From the NCBI GenBank assembly GCA_037441475.1, contig JBBISB010000001.1, positions 547,465 to 579,464 of the forward strand: 32,000 bases of DNA, written 5' to 3'. The position numbers were made by a program, and so were the translations under genes. Under the pieces are notes generated by a model, which did not search any database, had not been told where the DNA came from, and worked only from the letters and a program-made list of their open reading frames with translations. This document shows positions 9,618-16,738 of the stretch, one piece after another; within the stretch, counting starts at the first letter, position 1, and each line of letters opens with the position of its first letter. The stretch comes from Candidatus Iainarchaeum sp. (GTDB lineage: Archaea; Iainarchaeota; Iainarchaeia; Iainarchaeales; CSSED10-239).

Positions 9618-9899
9618 TTACTCTTCTTCCATCTTTATACATTTAACAGGGCATACCTTCTCACAGATCCCACACCCTTTACAAAACTCTAAGTCTGTTT
9701 CTGTTCTTACAAGCTTACCATCTTTATTCTTCTTAGCTAAGATACAGTTATCAGGACAATAAACATAGCATATCATACACTGCACACATCTCTTTGAGTC
9801 CCAAATAGGTTTTTTATGTCTCCAGTTTCCTGTACTATACTGTTTAGAGGTTCCTCCTTCTAGGACCCCACCAATAATTTTTTTATTTTTTTCACTCAT
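9618..9899 (-). CDS. porD: Pyruvate:ferredoxin oxidoreductase delta subunit (2x[4Fe-4S] ferredoxin)
   Basis: 93 aa; CVQCMICYVYCPDNCI and CKGCGICEKVCPVKCI. Confidence 0.95.
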   Translation of the reverse strand: MSEKNKKIIGGVLEGGTSKQYSTGNWRHKKPIWDSKRCVQCMICYVYCPDNCILAKKNKDGKLVRTETDLEFCKGCGICEKVCPVKCIKMEEE

Positions 9900-9905
9900 A
9901 ACAAA

Positions 9906-10475
9906 TCATTTCTTATAAATTTTAATATCCTCAAACCCTCTTTTAAGGCAATTGAGGTTTGGTAAAATAAAATGTTCTTTTCTTTTTTTTGTAAATGTTT
10001 CTTTAATAACTTTTTCAACATCTTTATATCTTAAGATATCTATTTTCTTTTCTTTAAAAACCTTTAAAAGTCCGCCAATTAAAACAATGTTTGGGTTGTT
10101 TGCTTTTATTTCTTCTAAGGATATCTTAGTTCCATCTGTTGTATATATCTCTTTACTAATAATCTCTTTATTAATCTCTTTATTAGTGTTTATAATAACA
10201 GGGGAGGTAAATCTCTTTATTTCCTCTAAAACATTAACTAAGTTCCCGTCAATAACTATAACAAAATCAGGTTTAATAACAGGCTCATGTGTCCTTATAG
10301 GGTTATTTGATAACCTTACAAATGCCTTAACAGGAGCTCCTCTTCTCTCAGGCCCATACTCAGGAAAGGCTTGAACATACCTACCTGCTTCAACACCAGC
10401 TTCAGCGATTATCTGAGCACAGGTTTTAGCACCTTGCCCTCCTCTTCCATAAACAGCAATACTTATTGTTTCCAT
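9906..10475 (-). CDS. porC: Pyruvate:ferredoxin oxidoreductase gamma subunit
   Basis: 189 aa; ISIAVYGRGGQGAKTCAQIIAEAG, FPEYGPERRGAPVKAFVRLS. Confidence 0.95.
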   Translation of the reverse strand: METISIAVYGRGGQGAKTCAQIIAEAGVEAGRYVQAFPEYGPERRGAPVKAFVRLSNNPIRTHEPVIKPDFVIVIDGNLVNVLEEIKRFTSPVIINTNKEINKEIISKEIYTTDGTKISLEEIKANNPNIVLIGGLLKVFKEKKIDILRYKDVEKVIKETFTKKRKEHFILPNLNCLKRGFEDIKIYKK

Positions 10476-10674
10476 ATTTACTCTTTCTTTTATAATATAT
10501 ATTATAGTTATTAATCAATAATATTTTAAAGGAGTAGTTCTTAAAAATGGTTTTAAAAGTATATTTTAAGATGCTTTTTTGTAAGTTTTTAATATCCATA
10601 TAATATAAATATCCTTCTTATGTATTATATTAGTACAAATATGTTATTTTTTTAAAAAAAGGTGTGAACAAAGT

Positions 10675-11001
10675 ATGGTTAATATAAAATCAAAAGATAG
10701 TTTTTCCTGGACAAACAATTCAAGTAGTTCTTATGGTCAAAGAGGAAGCGATGCTCCAGCCTCTCTTTCAAAAATAGTTACAGATATTAGAAAGTTACAA
10801 AGACTTTTATCAATCTCTTTATCTGCCTTAGATAGAGACGACTTAAATGCTTTAAAGAAAGATATTTCTTATCTTCAACACTCAATTTCTGAAAACATTT
10901 CAAAGAAAGACGCTCCTTCAAACATCATAAGAGATTATGAACGTTTAAATGAAGATGTTAGAGACAAAATCTCTGAAATAGATAAAAGAATCATGAAATG
11001 A
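10675..11001 (+). CDS. Hypothetical protein, 108 aa, Ser/Asn-rich N-terminus and predicted helical C-terminal region
   Basis: Open frame with ggtgtgaacaaagt upstream of the ATG; pattern VTDIRKLQRLLSISLSALDRDDLNALKKDISYLQHS. Confidence 0.65.
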   Translation: MVNIKSKDSFSWTNNSSSSYGQRGSDAPASLSKIVTDIRKLQRLLSISLSALDRDDLNALKKDISYLQHSISENISKKDAPSNIIRDYERLNEDVRDKISEIDKRIMK

Positions 11002-11009
11002 TTCTTTTT

Positions 11010-12689
11010 TTACTTCTTTTTATATTTAGTGTATACTTTATTTATTATCCATGTTAAAAGTACACATCCAATAGTTAACAAAAGTATACCTAGTAAACCT
11101 TGCATAAACTTATCAGCAACTGCAAAGGATACACCAATACCAAAGATTAAAAGTCCACTAAACAGTTTCAAAACTTTTCCATGTTTTTCATCCATCTTAG
11201 ATATTTTTAAAGTAAATATAGCTATTGCAAATAAAATTATTTCATCAAGAAGATAGATTAGCATATATATTCCTAAAAGAGTATAGTAACCTGCACTTGA
11301 GATTGTACTATTTGCTATCATGTTAGCCCATAGTAAAGGTAGGCCAGCTGTACAAGGTATCTCTAAAATAGTAACCCCTGCCGCTAAAATAATAGTTCCA
11401 AGCATAACTGCAAAGAGACTATTTTTAGGATTCATTATGTTCCTTATTCTATCATATATTTTTGGTTTTTCTTTATCAGAGATTGTTAATGAAATTCCTT
11501 TCTTATACCAGAAATAATCTTTTATGTTAATAAGACCAAAGATAACTGCTATTAAGACAATGGTTATCTTAATTATTGGACTGTAAAAGAATATCATGGC
11601 ATTCAAGATACTTGTAATAAACAGACCAAAGATAACAGCTGTAACTGCTAAGAAGGTAATACCTATTAAGAATATTTTCTTTCTAGACCCAGAGTATACA
11701 ACAATACTTAATAAGAATAATAGTACCCATAAAGAACATGGGTTTAAACCATCTACAAAAGAAATAATTAAGGTGTTTAAAAATAAAGATTTATGTCCTA
11801 GATCAATCTCCTTTTCAAAAAGCTTAATAGTTTTATTATCTTCTCCAGAAACATAGTTTGTTGAAGAAGGTATTTTATTTGTTTTTGAAAGTATTGCTTT
11901 TTCAGGGCATGAACAGTTGATGTTTGTTTTATAACATCTATCAATTTCCTTATCAAGATTATTCTTAATGTTTACTTCTCCGGTTAGATATGTTTCTCCA
12001 ATAAAGGCTATTGGAAACACTTCTACTTTAAGAGAATAAAGTTCCTTATATTCTGCAAAGATGACTTTGTTTTCTTCTATTGAAAGATCGTGTGTTTCTA
12101 AAATAAGGTCAGGATATTTGCTTATAAGGTAGTTTGTGTGTTCTAAAGTATTTTTACATTGTGAGCAGTCAGGGACATAAAACAAATGAACATAAACATC
12201 TTTTACTTTTGTTTTTTCAATAGTTATTGGTTTTTTATCAGACTGTATGATATTAACATAACTTTGATCTGTTGTGTAAAGTTGCCATATCTTTGGTTTA
12301 TTTAAATAATCTATACTGTCCTTACATTCTTCTTCAAGGCAAGAATCTACTTTTTCAATAATCTCTTGCTTTATACTTTCTGAAAAACCAATCCATGATT
12401 TATTAGAAATAAAAGTTATTGGAACACTTGTTGTTCTTTGAGAGAATGTTTTTCCAAACTCTAAGAGAAGTTTTGAGGCTTCTTTTTGAGTATCAAGCTC
12501 ATAGTAATGGACAGTGACATTTATATTTTCATTTACATAGTCCTTTAAAAAAGCCTTTTCTTGTGCGCAGTAAGGGCATGTAGAGGTTCCAAAGAAATAG
12601 ATGTTTACTTCTTTTTGCTCTTGTGCATAGAAGATTCCTGTAATTAATGTTAAAAAAATTAATATTAAAAATATGTTTTTATAGTTCAT
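11010..12689 (-). CDS. Membrane thiol-disulfide protein: two thioredoxin-like domains fused to a CcdA-like transmembrane domain
   Basis: IYFFGTSTCPYCAQEKAF (CPYC), HLFYVPDCSQCKNTL (CSQC), membrane region DGLNPCSLWVLLFLLS and LEIPCTAGLPLLWANM. The track ORF starts at 12734; ATG at 12689 (or 12701) before MNYKNIFLILI is the likelier signal-peptide start. Confidence 0.85.
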   Translation of the reverse strand: MNYKNIFLILIFLTLITGIFYAQEQKEVNIYFFGTSTCPYCAQEKAFLKDYVNENINVTVHYYELDTQKEASKLLLEFGKTFSQRTTSVPITFISNKSWIGFSESIKQEIIEKVDSCLEEECKDSIDYLNKPKIWQLYTTDQSYVNIIQSDKKPITIEKTKVKDVYVHLFYVPDCSQCKNTLEHTNYLISKYPDLILETHDLSIEENKVIFAEYKELYSLKVEVFPIAFIGETYLTGEVNIKNNLDKEIDRCYKTNINCSCPEKAILSKTNKIPSSTNYVSGEDNKTIKLFEKEIDLGHKSLFLNTLIISFVDGLNPCSLWVLLFLLSIVVYSGSRKKIFLIGITFLAVTAVIFGLFITSILNAMIFFYSPIIKITIVLIAVIFGLINIKDYFWYKKGISLTISDKEKPKIYDRIRNIMNPKNSLFAVMLGTIILAAGVTILEIPCTAGLPLLWANMIANSTISSAGYYTLLGIYMLIYLLDEIILFAIAIFTLKISKMDEKHGKVLKLFSGLLIFGIGVSFAVADKFMQGLLGILLLTIGCVLLTWIINKVYTKYKKK

Positions 12690-12805
12690 TGTGTATTTCA
12701 TCTCTTTAAATAATATATATATATTAATAAACATTAATTTAAAGATATTTATTTTTACACAAACAGTTTTAAAAATGTTTTTTAAAAGGAAAAAAGAATT
12801 TATTT

Positions 12806-13363
12806 TTAAAATAAATTCTTAAAGAAGTTAGCTATTCTTTTAAAGAAGCCAATCTTTTCTTTTTTAATTTCTTCCTGTCCTAATATCTTAAAGTATTTAT
12901 CATCTGTAAGATATTTTTCATTACCCTCTTGATTCTCTAAATAACTAAAAGAGTCCTTACATTCATCCTCTCTACAAAAATCAATAATACCAATCATCTG
13001 GTTTTGTATGCTTTCAGAAAAACCAATCCATACTTTATCAGATATAAAAGTTATTGGAACGCTTGTGCTTCTTTCTTCAAAAGCCTTTGAAAATTCTAAA
13101 AGAAATTTTGAGTTGTCTCTAATAGTGTCAAGTTGAAAGTAATAGCTCTTAACATCAAGGTTTGTTTTTGCATACTCTGTAAAAAAAGCCTTTTCATCTT
13201 GGCAGTAAGGGCATGTTGAGGTTCCAAAGAAGTATACATTTATTGTTTCTTTTGTTGTTTGATTTAATTCATCTCCCATTACATTAACACCTTCTCCAGC
13301 GTAAAGTGTGCTTGAGAAAAGGAAAACAAGTAAAATCATAAATATAAAATTTATTTTTTTCAT
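12806..13363 (-). CDS. Secreted or membrane-anchored thioredoxin-like protein
   Basis: 185 aa; signal-like MKKINFIFMILLVFLFSSTLYA, VYFFGTSTCPYCQDEKAFF, TSVPITFISDKVWIGFSES; paralogue of the first domain of the neighbouring protein. Confidence 0.85.
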   Translation of the reverse strand: MKKINFIFMILLVFLFSSTLYAGEGVNVMGDELNQTTKETINVYFFGTSTCPYCQDEKAFFTEYAKTNLDVKSYYFQLDTIRDNSKFLLEFSKAFEERSTSVPITFISDKVWIGFSESIQNQMIGIIDFCREDECKDSFSYLENQEGNEKYLTDDKYFKILGQEEIKKEKIGFFKRIANFFKNLF

Positions 13364-13584
13364 TTTTTAATCACCTTTTTTCTTTCAAGAAAATCATTTA
13401 ATTCTTCTAGAAGGTCAATCTCATTAATACCATACATTTCACAAACAGCACCAACTTCTAAAAAATCCATCTCCATTCTTGCCATAGGACAGGTTACACA
13501 TGGAAAGCCATGTGCCATTAATATCTCAAAGATATCTGGTCTTTCTAAAAGTTCTTTTAGTTTTGTGTTTGAGGTTACCTTCAT
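13360..13584 (-). CDS. DUF1858-like small redox disulfide domain protein
   Basis: 74 aa; FEILMAHGFPCVTCPMARMEMDFLEVGAVCEMYGI; overlaps both neighbours by 4 bp. Confidence 0.75.
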   Translation of the reverse strand: MKVTSNTKLKELLERPDIFEILMAHGFPCVTCPMARMEMDFLEVGAVCEMYGINEIDLLEELNDFLERKKVIKK

Positions 13585-14714
13585 ATTTTCTCAAATTTTT
13601 TATTTATTAATATTATTTCTTTAACAATTTCTTTTGCTTTCTCAAGAGTTGTTTCTTTTCCTAAGGAAAGACGAAGCATTCCATTTTTTTTATTATGATC
13701 AACTTTCAAGGCTTTTAAAACATGGCTTTTCTCTTTATTGTTTGAAAGACATGCAGATCCAGTGGATACCTTAAAACCCTTTAAATCAAGCTGCATTAAA
13801 AGGGACTCAGGTTCAATCTCTTCAAAAAGCAAAGATACATTGTTTACTAGTCTTTTTTCAAGTGAGCCTAAAACCTTAACATTTGGTGCTTTTTCTTTAA
13901 TCTCCTTAATAATAAAATCTCTAATTTCTTTCATTCTTAAGAGATCTTCTTTCTTTAAAACCTTAACTGCTTCCTTAAAACCAATTATTCCAGGAACATT
14001 TAAAGTTCCACTTCTCAAATTACTTTCATGCCCTCCTCCATGGAAGAGTGGAGTTATCTTAATATCTTTTCTAATGATTAAGGCTCCAATTCCTTTAGGT
14101 CCATACATCTTATGTGCATTTATTGTAATTAAATCAACATTATCTTTTATTAAATTAATTTCAGTTTTACAAAAACTTTGACATGCATCTGTGTGGAAAA
14201 AAACTTTTCTTTCCTTACAAATTTTTCCAATTTCAAAAAGTGGTTGTAAAGTTCCTATCTCGTTGTTTCCATGTATGATGGAGACTAGAATAGTGTCCTT
14301 TCTAATCTTCTTCTTTAAGTCCTCTAAATCAATTACCCCTTCTTTATTGTTATTAACATACTCAATCTCAAAGCCCTTACTTGAAAGATACTTTGCAGTG
14401 TTTAAAACTGAGTCATGCTCTATCTTACTGATTATTATATGTCTTCCTTTCTTTTCATAACTTTCAGAAATTCCTTTAAGTGCTAAATTATTACTCTCAG
14501 TTCCTCCTGATGTAAATATCAAGAGATGTTCTTTACCATTTACTTTCTCTAAAATACTTTCCCTTGCTTTATTAACCTCTTCTAAAACCATTTCTCCAAA
14601 GGAATGCATGCTTGAGGTGTTTGCAAAAATTTCTGAAAAATAAGGTTTCATTTTTTCAAGAACTTTAGAGTCAACAGGGCATGTCGCTGCATAATCAAAA
14701 TAGTTTGTTTTCAT
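13581..14714 (-). CDS. iscS: Cysteine desulfurase (NifS/IscS family)
   Basis: 377 aa; YFDYAATCPVD, FTSGGTESNN, SIIHGNNEIGT, DACQS, SINAHKMYGPKGIG, GGGHESNLRSGTLN, STGSACLSNN. Confidence 0.95.
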   Translation of the reverse strand: MKTNYFDYAATCPVDSKVLEKMKPYFSEIFANTSSMHSFGEMVLEEVNKARESILEKVNGKEHLLIFTSGGTESNNLALKGISESYEKKGRHIIISKIEHDSVLNTAKYLSSKGFEIEYVNNNKEGVIDLEDLKKKIRKDTILVSIIHGNNEIGTLQPLFEIGKICKERKVFFHTDACQSFCKTEINLIKDNVDLITINAHKMYGPKGIGALIIRKDIKITPLFHGGGHESNLRSGTLNVPGIIGFKEAVKVLKKEDLLRMKEIRDFIIKEIKEKAPNVKVLGSLEKRLVNNVSLLFEEIEPESLLMQLDLKGFKVSTGSACLSNNKEKSHVLKALKVDHNKKNGMLRLSLGKETTLEKAKEIVKEIILINKKFEKI

Positions 14715-14994
14715 TTGTTATCTTGTGAAGTAATTTTGCATTTTCCACCACAAAACTCTTTCATGTGTTCATTAAGTATTTTAATAAGTGGTTTAATGGT
14801 TTTTTTATTTAAGGAATATTTAATAAATTTACCTTGTCTTTCAGAAAAGACCACCTTACATTCAAGAAGAATCTTAAGGTTATGGCTAACCTTTGATTGT
14901 TCTTCATTTATGTCGTTACAGACGTCTGTTACAAACTTGTCTGAAGCATAAAGTGAGTTTATTATTTTCTATCTAGTCTCGTTTGAGATTACAG
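14711..14994 (-). pseudogene. ArsR-family HTH regulator, apparently frameshifted and stop-containing near its N-terminus
   Basis: One frame open 14711-14971: NSLYASDKFVTDVCNDINEEQSKVSHNLKILLECKVVFSERQGKFIKYSL..MKEFCGGKCKITSQDNK*. The expected upstream helix TVISNETR*KIITHFM (14947-14994) is in another frame and carries an in-frame TAG. C-terminal stop overlaps iscS as ATGA. Confidence 0.65.
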
Positions 14995-15061
14995 TAAAGA
15001 AGTGATATCATGCGCAGTTCATATTAATATTATATAGAAAATAGTTTTTAAATATGTTGCT

Positions 15062-16264
15062 TTATTTCTTTTCTAAAATAAATTCTTTTGCCTTTTCAAT
15101 ATCCTGGTTATAAAGAATATCAAAAAACCTCTGATAATCAAAATCCTCTGATATGTTTGTCTGAGCAATCTGTTCAAAGAAAATACTTTTTGAAATTTCA
15201 AAAAGATTTCCTTTATTCTGTTCAATACTTTTAAGCCTTTCAACACTTTCCTTAAGCTTCTGTTCCTGAACCTTGTTTGAAAAGGAGATGTAAAAATAAT
15301 CTTGATATTTTTCTTCAATCTTTTTTAAATTAATGTCTTTTAAAAAATAACCTTTCAAAAGCTCTCCTTTAAACCTTACCCTTAAAAGAGGTTTTTTCTC
15401 TTCTTCTTTTTCTTTTACTTTTTCAATCTCTTCTGTTATCTTTTCAATTATTTTCTCAGGAGTTGTTTGTTTTAAATCAAGGTCTATATAGTAAACCTTT
15501 CTAGTGTTTCTAATAGCCTTAAAATCAAGATTATTTGTAGCAGTGTCTAAAACAAAGAACCCCTTTTCAGTATCAGCTTCAATCTTTTTATTCTGTGTTG
15601 AAACAGTTGAGCCTGGCATTATAAATCTTGTTTTTTCATCTATTTTTTCAACAACTCTCCAGTGAAGGTGTCCGTTTGCTATAATATCAAAGCCCTTAGG
15701 AAGATTACTCAAAGATAGCATCTCTTCATTTTCAAAAGGCAAGTATTCCTTAAAAGATTGATGTACTAAAAGAATATTATAATGTCCCTCTTTAGGTGTT
15801 GGCTTCCATTTCTCTAAAATATCTTTTGCAAATCTATCAGGAACACCGGAAAGTCCAAAGATAGTTATTTTTTTATTCTCTTTTTCAACAGTTATAGAGT
15901 CTGCATGTACAACTCTTAAAAAGTTCATAACCTCTAATAGTTCAACAGTTGATTTAAAGTCCTTTCCCCTATATTCATGGTTTCCAATAATTCCTATCAT
16001 TGGTATTTTTAGTTTTCTATTCTGTCTTGAAGAAAGATTTATTTTATTTTCAATATCTACGTTGTTAAGAACATGTATAGCCTCATAATAAACTTCATGA
16101 GAGGGGATGGTTTTATCAAACAAGTCTCCACAAGTAATTATTAAATCAACATTTTCTTCCTTAATCTGAAAAAAGGCCTCTGATAGCTGAAGAAAGGAAT
16201 CCATTTCAAGGTCTGTTCCAAAGTTAAGACCTAAATGCCAATCACTAAATATTGCTATCTTCAT
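15062..16264 (-). CDS. mre11: Mre11-type DNA double-strand break repair nuclease
   Basis: 400 aa; FSDWHLG, CGDLFDK, GNHE, NGHLHWRV metallophosphoesterase motifs. Confidence 0.88.
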   Translation of the reverse strand: MKIAIFSDWHLGLNFGTDLEMDSFLQLSEAFFQIKEENVDLIITCGDLFDKTIPSHEVYYEAIHVLNNVDIENKINLSSRQNRKLKIPMIGIIGNHEYRGKDFKSTVELLEVMNFLRVVHADSITVEKENKKITIFGLSGVPDRFAKDILEKWKPTPKEGHYNILLVHQSFKEYLPFENEEMLSLSNLPKGFDIIANGHLHWRVVEKIDEKTRFIMPGSTVSTQNKKIEADTEKGFFVLDTATNNLDFKAIRNTRKVYYIDLDLKQTTPEKIIEKITEEIEKVKEKEEEKKPLLRVRFKGELLKGYFLKDINLKKIEEKYQDYFYISFSNKVQEQKLKESVERLKSIEQNKGNLFEISKSIFFEQIAQTNISEDFDYQRFFDILYNQDIEKAKEFILEKK

Positions 16265-16352
16265 TTTATATAACCTAATATTTATAAACTATTCTAAGTA
16301 TAAAATATATACTTATAAAACATTATTTATAGGTTTTGTAAATGTTTACAAG

Positions 16353-16423
16353 GCCTCGATGGCAGAACGGTCATGCATCCGCCTGCAGAGTGGAAGAATA
16401 GGGTTCGACTCCCTATCGAGGCT
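16353..16423 (+). tRNA. trnC: tRNA-Cys (GCA), no encoded CCA
   Basis: Acceptor GCCTCGA/TCGAGGC with U73, anticodon stem TCCGC/GTGGA, loop CTGCAGA, T arm TAGGG-TTCGACT-CCCTA. Confidence 0.95.
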
Positions 16424-16460
16424 TGTTTTATATATAAAAAAATAAGGAGATTTTTAATAT

Positions 16461-16670
16461 ATGGTTGTAAAAAGAAGAAAACCTTTTGTTGCCGAAGGCA
16501 CACTTCCAAAAATATCTCAAGCAAAACAAATATCTATTAGCTCAGTAAAAACAAATTACAAGCACATTATAGCAGAAGTTGACAAAGTATATCCACATGG
16601 TCTTTCAAAAGTACAAAAAGAACATTTAAAGAAAATGTTTTTAGAAAACCCAAGAGTTTCTCCTAGTTAA
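16461..16670 (+). CDS. Small basic hypothetical protein, 69 aa, possibly truncated by a premature TAA
   Basis: MVVKRRKPFVAEGTLPKISQAKQISISSVKTNYKHIIAEVDKVYPHGLSKVQKEHLKKMFLENPRVSPS*; the same frame continues open to 16736. Confidence 0.65.
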   Translation: MVVKRRKPFVAEGTLPKISQAKQISISSVKTNYKHIIAEVDKVYPHGLSKVQKEHLKKMFLENPRVSPS

Positions 16671-16738
16671 GTTTTAAGAGATATGGGCTACTTATCAGGT
16701 GTAGGTAAAGGAAAAGAAATTCCTCCTAAAAAATAAAA

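Noticed and set aside
8364-9762. Plus-strand ORFs 8364..8549, 9243..9476, 9461..9646, 9574..9762
   Set aside because: Antisense to porB/porA/porD coding sequence; no protein-family features.
16327-16524. Minus-strand 65-aa ORF covering the tRNA-Cys
   Set aside because: It is the antisense of a well-folded tRNA-Cys and the adjacent small gene; not credible as protein.
14711-16736. Stop-codon reassignment (for example pyrrolysine or a recoded TAA/TGA) to explain in-frame stops in small genes
   Set aside because: TAA, TAG and TGA all terminate intact long genes in this window (acs TAA, top6A TAG, top6B TGA), and the ArsR-like case also needs a frame change. A local lesion or sequence error is simpler.
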